DNA of 64,000 nt from a virus. Shown here one piece after another: positions 46,575 through 55,933 of the stretch. Both the position numbers and the translations under genes were made by a program. The notes under the pieces were generated by a model that searched no databases, was not told the origin of the DNA, and worked only from the letters and a program-made list of their open reading frames with translations. Numbering within the stretch: the stretch's first letter is position 1; each line of letters begins with the position of its first letter. The DNA is taken from the IMG/VR virus record IMGVR_UViG_3300019458_000022. One strand, given 5' to 3'.

Positions 46575-47180
46575 TCACCTCGGCCTGAGAATGAAAAAAC
46601 CCTGATCCGGCCGCATCACCTGTAGATGGAACCGGTCGCGATGCGCTTCGGCGAACTCGTCCACGGCATGCTTGACCCCGACCCGGAGAGGCCACCGGGG
46701 ATCTTCGTGAAGATAGTAATCGTGGCCGCAGATCGTGCCGTCCCGGTCTATTTTTGGAAGCCACGCGGCTAGTTCGCGCCGGGTCTCCTCGATCTCGTGC
46801 GTCGTGTCGAGGAAGAATAGGCCGACGCTCCGGTCCGCCCAGTCCGAAGCAGCTTCGACGCTCGGTTCGACGCGGAAGGTCCAGAACTTCTCCAGTTCCT
46901 CGCGCTCGGTGCTCTTCCGAATCCCGATATTGGAAAGGACGCTTTCCCGGCAGGCGCCTTTGACGTCGTAGCTCCAGACGCCGTACTCGGCGCCCGAAAG
47001 TAGGGCGATCGTCGAAAAGCCGTTTCCGACCCCGCATTCGACGATGGGGCCGACCGAATGTCTGGCTAGGAGGGCGAGAAGAGGCATATGCGCGGCAATG
47101 TCCGACCCCCATTCGCGGGCTCCTCCCTCCATCCCGCGGAAAAGCGCGCCCAGAAGGAGTTTCCTCAGCCGTTCGCTCAT
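46575..47180 (-). CDS. class I SAM methyltransferase (Methyltransf_24-like)
   Basis: VECGVGNGFST, FFLDTTH, ICGHDY, GVKHAVDEF. Confidence 0.85.
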   Translation of the reverse strand: MSERLRKLLLGALFRGMEGGAREWGSDIAAHMPLLALLARHSVGPIVECGVGNGFSTIALLSGAEYGVWSYDVKGACRESVLSNIGIRKSTEREELEKFWTFRVEPSVEAASDWADRSVGLFFLDTTHEIEETRRELAAWLPKIDRDGTICGHDYYLHEDPRWPLRVGVKHAVDEFAEAHRDRFHLQVMRPDQGFFILRPR

Positions 47181-47398
47181 GACTTCTGCCCAGAAAGCGG
47201 TTTACCCGTGAAATCGGTCGCCTGATAGGCGTCGAGCGCGGCGCGGGCCGCCGCGAGCGCCTCCTGGGCCGCGTTGAAGGCGCAGACGCGGACGAGTTCC
47301 ATCTTTTCGGAATGAAGCGCGATCTCGGCCTGGCTTGCGGAGAACTCGGCCTTCTCCTTGGCGAGCTTGAGCGCCTCTCTCCACATCGAAAGCTGCAT
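47177..47398 (-). CDS. small coiled-coil protein
   Basis: GGGGAG RBS; Ala-rich helix. Confidence 0.55.
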   Translation of the reverse strand: MQLSMWREALKLAKEKAEFSASQAEIALHSEKMELVRVCAFNAAQEALAAARAALDAYQATDFTGKPLSGQKS

Positions 47399-47442
47399 GT
47401 CTCCCCCTATTGGGCACGCATGATAGACTTTCAGGAACGCTC

Positions 47443-48225
47443 ATGGGCGTAGAATTCGTCTATATCCCCCAATGCCGGATCGGGAACGTCCTCTTCCAGT
47501 ACATCGCGGCCAGGATCTTCGCGGAGGCGCAGGGCCTTCGGCTTCTTACGCCGTTCGATCCTCCAAACGGCAAGGACATCGTCTCGGTCGCCCCGCCGCG
47601 CGACGGAGAAGTCGTGGATGATCCCGTGGTCGGACTGACGGACGATCTTCCCTGGGTATCTGCCCAGGGTCAAGGACCCCATATGGTCATCCGGCATGGC
47701 GACGAACTCTCCTCGAAGGCGTGGCCCAAGGCCCGCTACCGGCTCCAAGGCTGGTTCCAATGGTCCGACTGGTATCACGCGCTCCGGCCGCGGATCGAAA
47801 AGTTCGTCGCTCCATCGGAAATCCCGGCGGTCAACACGCGCGACATCGTCGTCAACCTCAGGATCGGCGCCGATTACAGGGATCACCGATGGATCATCCA
47901 TCCGGCTTGGTACATCTCGATCCTCGAATCCGAGCGTTTCGAACAGCTTCACGTCGTCACCGACGTCCGCGACGAGGAGTATCTCGCGCATTTCGCGCGT
48001 TACAGTCCCGTCGTCGTCTCCTCCGGACCCAAGGGCGACTGGGAATATCTTCGATCGTTCGACCGGATCATCTGCTCGAACAGCACGTTCGCCTGGTGGG
48101 CCGCCTATTTCAGCCGCGCATCACGGATCTACACATTTAAGCGATGGAACCTGCACCCGGTCGTCCACCTGGGACCCTTTCCGGGAGGGATCGAGCAGGA
48201 CGGTCCATTCCTGCACGAGGTCTAG
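47443..48225 (+). CDS. GT11 alpha-1,2-fucosyltransferase-like protein
   Basis: RIGNVLFQY, GWFQ, VNLRIGADY, IICSNSTFAWWAAY; only plus-strand gene. Confidence 0.85.
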   Translation: MGVEFVYIPQCRIGNVLFQYIAARIFAEAQGLRLLTPFDPPNGKDIVSVAPPRDGEVVDDPVVGLTDDLPWVSAQGQGPHMVIRHGDELSSKAWPKARYRLQGWFQWSDWYHALRPRIEKFVAPSEIPAVNTRDIVVNLRIGADYRDHRWIIHPAWYISILESERFEQLHVVTDVRDEEYLAHFARYSPVVVSSGPKGDWEYLRSFDRIICSNSTFAWWAAYFSRASRIYTFKRWNLHPVVHLGPFPGGIEQDGPFLHEV

Positions 48226-48287
48226 GCCCGAATCGAGCGATTGACCTTTTCCCAGGCCGCCGGGCGCCTCGGTTTTCCCTTCCACGG

Positions 48288-48551
48288 CTATCTCCTCTTC
48301 CCTAGCTTCTCGAACATCTCCGACATCTTGCGTCCGAAGTCGTTGAACATCCTCCCCATGGTCTCCAAGACGCTCTCCTGGGACTTGAAGACCTCGTCCA
48401 CCTCGCCCGCAGCCTTCCGGTTGTCCTCCATGATCTGGCGCGCTTCCTCCTCGGTCAGGTCGCGCCTCGTGATCTTGACGCGACGAACCGGAACGCCGTT
48501 CTCGATCGTGATCACGACTTCATGGATCTCTTCCCGGCCGTAGCTGTTCAT
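48288..48551 (-). CDS. hypothetical protein
   Basis: ATG 48551; natural composition. Confidence 0.6.
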   Translation of the reverse strand: MNSYGREEIHEVVITIENGVPVRRVKITRRDLTEEEARQIMEDNRKAAGEVDEVFKSQESVLETMGRMFNDFGRKMSEMFEKLGKRR

Positions 48552-48564
48552 GGAGGAGTCCCCG

Positions 48565-48924
48565 CTAAACCAACTCGAAGAAGAACCGGTAACGACCCGG
48601 CTCTTGTTTCCATTTCGGGATGGTCGCCTCGATGCGTCCGTCCGGATTGCCCCATTTCTCCTGCCGTACGAGATTGAGGAATAGGAGGACGACATCCGGA
48701 TTGTCGGTCCACCATGACCGGACGCCGTCCACCGAATCCTCGCGGCCTTCGGCTTCGTGCCATTCGAACGGTCCCAGGCCCCTCTCGTGCGCGATCCTGA
48801 CGCGATCGGGCCAGTTGAGGCTCGACGCGCCGAACTCGACGTCGTAATCGAGAGGCAACTCTGCCTTCCGGTCCCATACGTGCAGGGCAAGGTGGCAGCC
48901 CATGATCGTATCCCTGAGGTTCAT
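48565..48924 (-). CDS. hypothetical protein
   Basis: ATG overlapping upstream TGA. Confidence 0.6.
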   Translation of the reverse strand: MNLRDTIMGCHLALHVWDRKAELPLDYDVEFGASSLNWPDRVRIAHERGLGPFEWHEAEGREDSVDGVRSWWTDNPDVVLLFLNLVRQEKWGNPDGRIEATIPKWKQEPGRYRFFFELV

Positions 48925-49241
48925 TCGATTCGTTCGAGAAATCCGTATTCGTGCGGAACGGAGCGCACGTCTTCGAGCGAAAGTTCGGCGCCTTCCCGCT
49001 GGCGACGGAGGAGCCGGAAGCAGAGCGCGACATCGCCCGGTTCCATGGAGACGGCGATCCGGTTGAGCGGGATCTCGACCCCGCATAGCTGCGTGAGGAG
49101 AGCGGCCGTTCCCTCGTGGCCGACCGCGCTCGTCCAGCCGGGCGTGCGCAAGAAGGCCACGGCTTCTTCCATCGTGGACTTGCGGAAACGGTACATGCCG
49201 TAGCTCGTGAGAATCGGCGTGTTCAGGATATAACGGGCCAT
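48921..49241 (-). CDS. AcrIII-1 / DUF1874 (STIV B116/YddF) ring nuclease homolog
   Basis: YILNTPIL, SAVGHEGTAALLTQLCG, NRIAVSMEPGDVALCFRL, REGAEL; AGGAGG RBS; open in frame upstream to 49583. Confidence 0.8.
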   Translation of the reverse strand: MARYILNTPILTSYGMYRFRKSTMEEAVAFLRTPGWTSAVGHEGTAALLTQLCGVEIPLNRIAVSMEPGDVALCFRLLRRQREGAELSLEDVRSVPHEYGFLERIE

Positions 49242-49600
49242 GCTCCTCCTATCCCAGTCCGGCCAGGAACACGTCCCGCACCGGTCCCGACCGGCGATCC
49301 AAAGCAGCGCGTACTTGTACCCCCGTTCCAGGCACCGGGGACAGTACGACGCTCCCCGCGACGACCCCGGAACGTTCCCGTTCCGGATGTCCGCGATCGC
49401 ATGCTCGTGGGTCCTTGCCGCTGCCTCGTCCCCGGCCTTCGCGCGCAGCCGATGCGCTCTCGCCGCGAGCGATCGCCAGTGGGTCTCGGATTCCGGAACG
49501 ACCCCTGAAAGCCTCTCGAAGGTCGTGGTCTCTCCCATCGTATCCTCCGGAAGTCGGATACGGGTAAGACCGTTCCCGCTCATGGCATGTTTCACCCGGG

Positions 49601-50374
49601 TCAAACCTCGCCCTCCCGGCGCGTGAGGACTTCGCAGCCATTGTCGGTGACGGCGACGGTATGTTCCCAGTGGGCCGCAAGGCCGCGACCCTTGTTGATG
49701 ACGGTCCAGTTGTCGGGGAGGACGGTGACGTCGCCGTTCCCGACCACGAACATGGGCTCGATCGCGATGCAATGACCCGGTCTGAGGACGAAACGGTCCA
49801 CATAGGGTTCTCCCGTCACGAAGTTCGGGACGTTCGGTTCCTCGTGCATGTTCCGTCCGATTCCGTGACCGCAGAATTTCCGGACGACCCCGTAACCGGC
49901 TCGCAGGGCGACGCGCTGAATGGCCGCACCGAGGTCACCCAGGGTCGCGCCCGGTTTCACCGCCTTGATCCCTTCCTCCAAACCCTGCCGGGTCGCCTCG
50001 ATGAGCTTCTTGGCGTCGTCCGGAACCGTGCCAATCGCGAGCGTGACGGCCGAATCCCCGACGTATCCGCGATAGGTCGCACCCGCGTCGATCTTTAGGA
50101 CGTCCCCTTTTTTCAGGCGCCGGTCGTTGGTCGGGATTCCGTGGACGACCTCCTCGTTCAGGGACGCGCAGATCGAGGCCGGGAACTCGCGATAGCCCTT
50201 GAAGGTAGGCACCGCGTCGCAGGAGCGGACGTGCTCTTCGAACGCGCGGTCGAGATCCGCGGTCGTCGCTCCCGGAACCGCCCGTTCGGTCAGCATCGAG
50301 AGGCCGCGGGCGACGATCTTCCCGGCCTCGCGCATGAGGTCGATCTCCCACCCCTCCTTCACGATCGCGCCCAT
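49601..50374 (-). CDS. map: methionine aminopeptidase type I
   Basis: KIDAG...GDSA, GHGIG...HEEP, IEPM, HWEHT. Confidence 0.95.
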   Translation of the reverse strand: MGAIVKEGWEIDLMREAGKIVARGLSMLTERAVPGATTADLDRAFEEHVRSCDAVPTFKGYREFPASICASLNEEVVHGIPTNDRRLKKGDVLKIDAGATYRGYVGDSAVTLAIGTVPDDAKKLIEATRQGLEEGIKAVKPGATLGDLGAAIQRVALRAGYGVVRKFCGHGIGRNMHEEPNVPNFVTGEPYVDRFVLRPGHCIAIEPMFVVGNGDVTVLPDNWTVINKGRGLAAHWEHTVAVTDNGCEVLTRREGEV

Positions 50375-50375
50375 G

Positions 50376-50831
50376 CTATTTGGCCTTGGCCGTCTCCAGC
50401 GGAATCGAGATCGAGAACGTGGCGAAGACGCCGCCCGCGGCCTTGTGACGCCGGAGATCGGCCGCGACGGTCTGGCCGAGCCTGGTCATCCGGACGAAGC
50501 CGTTCGCCTCGCTCAGGATATTGATGAATCCAGCGGCTTCGATATCGTTCAGGCAATCCCAATCGTCGTGGGCCTTGATCTGACGCTCCGGATTGGTCGT
50601 CTTGTCAGCGTTCCAGAACCCCGAAAGTCGGGTCCCGTAGCCCGGCTTCCAGCCGCCGACGCCGAAGTTCGCGTTCACGGCATGAAGCGGATGTCGCTTG
50701 GGATTGCAGCGGACGCGCCGTTTGTCGATCTCCCCCACGCCCCTTTTGGTCGAGTCCACGCAGAGAGTCTCGATATAGCCGACGAGACTCCAATGGTCCC
50801 TCCCAAAATCACGAACCGAAACCTTTCGCAT
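50376..50831 (-). CDS. conserved phage-type hypothetical protein
   Basis: DHWSLVGYIET, YGTRL, HDDWDCLNDI. Confidence 0.7.
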   Translation of the reverse strand: MRKVSVRDFGRDHWSLVGYIETLCVDSTKRGVGEIDKRRVRCNPKRHPLHAVNANFGVGGWKPGYGTRLSGFWNADKTTNPERQIKAHDDWDCLNDIEAAGFINILSEANGFVRMTRLGQTVAADLRRHKAAGGVFATFSISIPLETAKAK

Positions 50832-50865
50832 CTCCTGCTCCCTTTCAAGCCGGTTTCGCCTCAGC

Positions 50866-51261
50866 CTAGTTCTTGTGGGCGACCATAAGCGAGGCCGCGC
50901 ACGACGGGCAGAGTCCGAGCTTGGCGACGTCTTCCGGACCGACGACGACGGCCGGGCTCGCGAACCGGCCCAAAAACGCGCGTTTCGCGGCTTCCGAAAA
51001 GAAGCCGAGCGCGAACGCCTCGAAGTCCTCCCGGATCTCAGGCGCCACCTTCTCGGCCGCCGCCATCGCAAGAAGCGCCCGCTCGTCGAGGTCGAAGATA
51101 CGGGCCAGCTTCTTCACGAGCTTCGCCGAAGGCGGGTTCACCTTGGCCTGCTCGAACCCGGAAACATAGCCCTTGTGGGACCGGATCTTGCGGGCGACGT
51201 CTTCCAGGGTCCACCCCTTCTCCTTCCGGCGGCGCTTCATGAGGTCGCCGAACGCGCTCAT
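50866..51261 (-). CDS. XRE-family HTH regulator
   Basis: RRRKEKGWTLEDVARKI...YVSGFEQAKVNPPS. Confidence 0.85.
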   Translation of the reverse strand: MSAFGDLMKRRRKEKGWTLEDVARKIRSHKGYVSGFEQAKVNPPSAKLVKKLARIFDLDERALLAMAAAEKVAPEIREDFEAFALGFFSEAAKRAFLGRFASPAVVVGPEDVAKLGLCPSCAASLMVAHKN

Positions 51262-51301
51262 GGCCCCTCCCGTTCACGAACGACCCGCGCCACAGAAGAT
51301 A

Positions 51302-51319
51302 ACACTTGTTATTAAGTGT
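51302..51319. promoter_or_regulatory. palindromic operator 6 filling spacer of TTGACA-N18-TATCTT (minus)
   Basis: ACACTTGTTATTAAGTGT. Confidence 0.8.
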
Positions 51320-51321
51320 TG

Positions 51322-51687
51322 TCAAGAGGCCGTGTGGTGTTCCGGAGGACCGTAGAGATACGGTCCCTCCCCGCAGGTCGGGCACCTTCCGGGCGTGCAG
51401 CCGTTGCAGAACGCCTCATGCCTGAGGGCGCATTTGAGGAGCATGAAGCCGTGCCGCGCGCAATATGGGGTGTTCGTCTCCAGGAAGCGCCTGATCGCGC
51501 GTCTTCGGGTGACATGCCAAATGACGGCCGCGTACAAGGTCAGCGGCCAGACCAGTTGGCTCAGGAATGCCTCTCGACAGAAGTTTCCGGGCGTCTTATA
51601 ATACGGAATCTTCTCGTACCAGTACAACGCGAACGAGATCCAAGCCATGACAAGCCACGCGACCGTGACGATGAGCCAGGTGCTCAT
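51322..51687 (-). CDS. membrane protein with C-terminal Cys/His cluster
   Basis: two TM; C-rich tail. Confidence 0.55.
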   Translation of the reverse strand: MSTWLIVTVAWLVMAWISFALYWYEKIPYYKTPGNFCREAFLSQLVWPLTLYAAVIWHVTRRRAIRRFLETNTPYCARHGFMLLKCALRHEAFCNGCTPGRCPTCGEGPYLYGPPEHHTAS

Positions 51688-51698
51688 GAATCCCTTCC

Positions 51699-52427
51699 CT
51701 ATGGCCCCGGCGGCGCCTGCGTGCCCTTGAGCGTGAAGACTTGTCCAATGAGATCGGCGACATCTCCGCTCGTGAAACTCGGCCGGTTGAGGAATCCGTC
51801 GATCGACTGATAGATCTGGTAGGCGATCTCGAAGTTCCGGTCGGCCGTCTTCACCTTGGCCCGGAGCGCTTCGAGTTTGGCCCCGATCTCCGTCCGCTTG
51901 GTCCTGGCCTGCCCGAGCAGGGTGCTCAGGTCCGCAGCCGGGATGTTCGCGCCCTTGAGCTTGATCTCGTAGTTCTCGATAAGCTGGATCTGCGTTTCGA
52001 GCGCGAGCGCGAGATCCGAGAAGAGCGCGGCCACGATCTTGTCGTGGTCGCTCTTGAACGCGAGGAGCGCCTCGCCCTGGACCGCGCTTGCCCGCTGGAT
52101 CGGCGGGGGCGTCGAGCATCCGGCGGAGAGGATGATCGCCAGGCACGGGAGGATGACCCCTTTGGCGAGCGACCCCACGAGGTTGCCGACCGTGCTTGCG
52201 ACTTTGACCCAGGCCGCGTCCTCGGTCTTGGCCTTCTCCACGTCGGAAAGGAGGGTCGCGAGATCCTGGTCCGAGATCACCTGGCCGTTCAGCTTCAGGT
52301 TGTCGAGCGCAGGCGTTCCGCTTACTGCATCGAACGGATTCGAAGAGGGCGGCGCCGAAGCCGAGAGGTCCCGTGCGGCCGTGATCAGCGCCTTGGTCTT
52401 CTCGATCACCTCTTCCTTCGTGGCCAT
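51699..52427 (-). CDS. hypothetical protein with internal lipobox and coiled coil
   Basis: VILPCLAIILSAGC in mid-protein; GGGGAGG RBS. Confidence 0.65.
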   Translation of the reverse strand: MATKEEVIEKTKALITAARDLSASAPPSSNPFDAVSGTPALDNLKLNGQVISDQDLATLLSDVEKAKTEDAAWVKVASTVGNLVGSLAKGVILPCLAIILSAGCSTPPPIQRASAVQGEALLAFKSDHDKIVAALFSDLALALETQIQLIENYEIKLKGANIPAADLSTLLGQARTKRTEIGAKLEALRAKVKTADRNFEIAYQIYQSIDGFLNRPSFTSGDVADLIGQVFTLKGTQAPPGP

Positions 52428-52460
52428 GCCATTCCTCCCCACCAAACTCGGTGAGCCCCC

Positions 52461-52964
52461 TTAGACGCGGTAACCCATCCTGGAGAATTCCTTGAGGAGG
52501 TACGCACGCTCCCTCCCGTCCATTCTCCCGATGAAGAGCTTCCCTTTGATGTGATCGTACTCGTGCTGGATGCCCCGCGCCTCTTTCCCTTGGAAAACCT
52601 CCTTGATCGGCCCTTCGGGCGTCTGGGCCTCCAGGCAGACCTCGGGGAATCGGGGGACATCGACCATGATGCTCGCGAAGGAGAGGCACCCCTCAAGATC
52701 CGTCTCAGGATCGCCGCTTAGGCCGATCTTCGGGTTCCAGAAGACGCGCTCGTCGGCCGGATCTCCGGTGAAGTTGACGACGAAAAGCTGGACGTTCCAG
52801 CCGATCTGCGGAGCCGCGAGTCCGACCCCCTCCACCTCGTACATGCATGCGAACATCTGCCGGACGCGGAGCGCGGCCTCCTCGTCATAGCGCTCAAGCG
52901 GCGAGTTCGCCTCGACGAGCTTCGGATCGGGGTAGTTGAGGATGACCGGGCTATCAAGCGTCAT
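52461..52964 (-). CDS. def: peptide deformylase
   Basis: GVGLAAPQIG, EGCLS, QHEYDH. Confidence 0.95.
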   Translation of the reverse strand: MTLDSPVILNYPDPKLVEANSPLERYDEEAALRVRQMFACMYEVEGVGLAAPQIGWNVQLFVVNFTGDPADERVFWNPKIGLSGDPETDLEGCLSFASIMVDVPRFPEVCLEAQTPEGPIKEVFQGKEARGIQHEYDHIKGKLFIGRMDGRERAYLLKEFSRMGYRV

Positions 52965-52994
52965 GGGTCCTCTCCAGGGGGTTCACTGGATTCG

Positions 52995-53012
52995 ACATAT
53001 GTTATCAAGTGT
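52995..53012. promoter_or_regulatory. palindromic operator 7 over promoter TTGAGG-N17-TAACAT (minus)
   Basis: ACATATGTTATCAAGTGT. Confidence 0.75.
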
Positions 53013-53066
53013 GCAAACGGACCTCAAGGCTGGACGAACTAATAACCATCCCACGAGAATGCCGCC

Positions 53067-53831
53067 TCACGGTCCTTGGGCCACGGAGTCCACGAAATAG
53101 TCCGCCTGATGGAACCACTCGCTCTGGCCGGTGGTCTTGTCTCCCATGTGCTGAACGAGGCAGGGGACGCTCGCCAGCTTGACCACGTTCCGCTCCGAGG
53201 CTCTTCTCCCGATCGTGAGATCGACCGGGACCACGAATCTCCGGATGCACCCTTCAAGAAGAGCTTCCGGTATCATCCGCAAGGCGCCCTTCGAGTAGAC
53301 GATGGCCTGCGTTCCCCAGAATTCGTCAAGCTGAGGAAACCGGAACCAGCGAGCGCCTTTCTCGACTTCCTCCTTCATGCTTCGCTGCCACGCATGGCTC
53401 ACGCGGTAGAGGGTGAGGAGCCATGGAAAGCCGAGTTCCCGCTCGATCTCCTCGACGATCCTTGCGAGATAGTCTATCCATCCTCGGCAGAACCGCACGT
53501 CGTCTTCGCAGACGAGCGCGACATCCCACGAATCTTCCGCGGCAAGGAGGTGCCGCATCGCCCGGTAGTGTCCGAAAGCGCACCGCGGCTTGACGCCGAG
53601 CGCGTCAAGCCCGATTTCCCTCGCCTCGTCCTCCGAAACCGGATCTATCAGGAACCGGACGGAGTCCTTCCTATAAGGCTCAAGGTGGTCCGTGTCCTTT
53701 GTCCCGGTCACCAGCCTAAGAGGAAGGTTCTCGGGCCTGTCGAAGAAGCCTGTTTCCCCCAGGCTTCCGATCGTTTGATGAACGTAGCCTTCGGGCCTGG
53801 GGACGCTGAGGAGGGCCGTCGCCAGTTTCAC
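53067..53831 (-). CDS. GT-A glycosyltransferase (GT25-like)
   Basis: ALVCEDDV, GTQAIVYS, VDL, CLVQH; GTG start. Confidence 0.7.
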   Translation of the reverse strand: MKLATALLSVPRPEGYVHQTIGSLGETGFFDRPENLPLRLVTGTKDTDHLEPYRKDSVRFLIDPVSEDEAREIGLDALGVKPRCAFGHYRAMRHLLAAEDSWDVALVCEDDVRFCRGWIDYLARIVEEIERELGFPWLLTLYRVSHAWQRSMKEEVEKGARWFRFPQLDEFWGTQAIVYSKGALRMIPEALLEGCIRRFVVPVDLTIGRRASERNVVKLASVPCLVQHMGDKTTGQSEWFHQADYFVDSVAQGP

Positions 53832-53839
53832 GGGATCTC

Positions 53840-54634
53840 CTACGGCAAGACCCGCACGATGCGCTGTTCCGAGAGGATCTTCCAGAAGATCTCCCTCAAT
53901 TCGTCCTCCGAACTGTGGATGAATGCTTTCGTCTGATCCGAGTATGGAATCGAGAGGTGCGTCCCCCATTGGTTCGCGCGGCTCTCGGGATGCATCCTTT
54001 GGATGCGCTCCATGTATTTGGCCGAGAAGAAGTCCGGTCCGAGCATCCGGTAGTGGAGAAGCTTCATTCCGGATTCCTCGGGTTCGACTACGTTCCCCTT
54101 GGGCGAGCAGTCATGGCACCCGAAATGGTAGTTGATGTCGATCGAGGGATCGAAGACGGCTTTCTTGTTGTAGCGGTAGTTGCAGAAACCGGCGCGGATC
54201 TCGTCATAAATCTGACCTCCGGTCGCAGGCGGGAAGAAGGACACCATTTCGTAGCCCGTCGCCTTGAGGAGCGTCGCGCCGCTCGCCTTGAGCCCTTCCA
54301 GATGGCCGAGCAGATCGGGATGGTGGATGAACTCGTCGATATCCACGATCATGACCCAGTCAGCCGCGCCTCGCGAACGCTTGTACGCCTCGTTCCGGAT
54401 CTTCATGAGGACGGACTCGTTGTACTGCCCATCGACATGGGTAGCGAACTCGCCGCTCCCGCCCTCAAGGACGACCTTGGGATGCGACTCCAGGATATCG
54501 ACCGAGCCGTCCATGCTGGCGCCGTCGAAGACGAAGATCTTCTCGGCGACGGCCTCGTAGTGCCGGAGGAAGTAAGGGAGCAGCATCTCTTCATCGTGAG
54601 AAACTGTGTATACGTGGATGATCGGAGTGTTCAC
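53840..54634 (-). CDS. GT2-like glycosyltransferase
   Basis: DEEMLLPYFLRHY, VFDGASMDGS, VDIDEFI, LLHY. Confidence 0.8.
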   Translation of the reverse strand: MNTPIIHVYTVSHDEEMLLPYFLRHYEAVAEKIFVFDGASMDGSVDILESHPKVVLEGGSGEFATHVDGQYNESVLMKIRNEAYKRSRGAADWVMIVDIDEFIHHPDLLGHLEGLKASGATLLKATGYEMVSFFPPATGGQIYDEIRAGFCNYRYNKKAVFDPSIDINYHFGCHDCSPKGNVVEPEESGMKLLHYRMLGPDFFSAKYMERIQRMHPESRANQWGTHLSIPYSDQTKAFIHSSEDELREIFWKILSEQRIVRVLP

Positions 54635-55044
54635 TAGATGAGCTTTTGGATTCGATGGACATCCTCATTGTCTAAAGGAGAGCATGGTTCCACAAGATCG
54701 CGCAGCCGAAGCAATTCTTTGTACCAGAAAACCCTTTCGGCCATCGCGATGAACTTCCGGTGAAGTTCGTTACAACGACGGTGATCTTCTACCAAGAACT
54801 TACGCTGACCATCCGCCTCCATCTCCCCAAATGGAATGCAGGAAGTGGGATGAAACTCGAACATGGCGTCCAAAGCCAGATGGAAAAGCGTTTCAATGCA
54901 TTCTTCACGCGAGCAAACGATTACGCATTTGAAGCCAGACCACCAACCGCCTCGCTCCGGTTTTGACCCACAGAAGAAACACCGCTCATTCTTCCCCCAC
55001 GGAGGCGGAACGCTACCTTTGGCCGTTGCTAGAAACGATCCCAT
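54634..55044 (-). CDS. hypothetical Zn-finger protein, lower GC
   Basis: CFFCG...CSREEC. Confidence 0.55.
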   Translation of the reverse strand: MGSFLATAKGSVPPPWGKNERCFFCGSKPERGGWWSGFKCVIVCSREECIETLFHLALDAMFEFHPTSCIPFGEMEADGQRKFLVEDHRRCNELHRKFIAMAERVFWYKELLRLRDLVEPCSPLDNEDVHRIQKLI

Positions 55045-55069
55045 GCAAAACCAGTCCTTTCAAGAGTGA

Positions 55070-55933
55070 CTAGTGCCCCGTTCCAGATGAGATCTCGCTC
55101 CAGGCTTTCTCCGAGAGCGGGAACTTGAGAATCCCGAGCCCGCGGCCCATGTTGACGAAGTGCTGGACCGCCTGTTCCAGGACCGGAAGTTCGGCCTTCC
55201 AATTCTCCTTGGCGTGCGAAAAATGCTCCCGGATGATCTTCGCGAGCGCAAAGTCGTAATACCGGCGGTCGCATGCGCGACACGCATGGTCCAGTTCGGC
55301 GAGCAGGTTATCGAAGACTTGCTTGATCTCCCTCGTCAACCTGATGAGCTTCCCGACGAAGGCCGCGGCCTCGGTCATGCATTTCTGGCAGTTTCCGTCT
55401 TCGTCCCGTTCGCAACGGCAGACCTTGTCCTCCTCCGGAACCAGGGTCTCGCCGACTTCGGACAGCGCTTCTTCCCAGGAGCCGACCTGGATCACGCCGT
55501 CCAGCGATGCCTTGAAGCGGGCGATCTCGTCCTTGCGGCCCTGGAAGAGGTACCGGTGAGCGACGATTCCACGGAGGTGCCCAAGGATCTCCAGCCGGTC
55601 GTCGATGAAGTGCGTGAGCCCGAGCGATTTCGCCATCGGCGCCTTGTCCTCGCGCTTGAGGCAGAAATGGATGCGTCCCGGATCAAGCCCCGTCTCCTCG
55701 AAAAACCTCCAGTGTTCCATCCACTCCAGGGTCTGCCGGGCAATCTTGAGACCGCACTTCGAGACGATGTGGACCCGGCCCTTGAACATCAGGCGATTCA
55801 GGACCGCGATCGCTCCGAATGCGCCTTCGACGGGCGTCGTCCTGAGGTAGTTCTTCCCGAGGAACGCGGTGTCGGTCTTGTCGTTCGCTCGGTCGATGAT
55901 GACGCCCCCGACGTCGATGCCCAGGGTCTCCAT
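55070..55933 (-). CDS. HAD-superfamily (5'-nucleotidase-like) phosphatase with Cys-containing C-terminal extension
   Basis: GIDVGGVI (DxxG variant), VSKC, THFIDD. Confidence 0.7.
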   Translation of the reverse strand: METLGIDVGGVIIDRANDKTDTAFLGKNYLRTTPVEGAFGAIAVLNRLMFKGRVHIVSKCGLKIARQTLEWMEHWRFFEETGLDPGRIHFCLKREDKAPMAKSLGLTHFIDDRLEILGHLRGIVAHRYLFQGRKDEIARFKASLDGVIQVGSWEEALSEVGETLVPEEDKVCRCERDEDGNCQKCMTEAAAFVGKLIRLTREIKQVFDNLLAELDHACRACDRRYYDFALAKIIREHFSHAKENWKAELPVLEQAVQHFVNMGRGLGILKFPLSEKAWSEISSGTGH

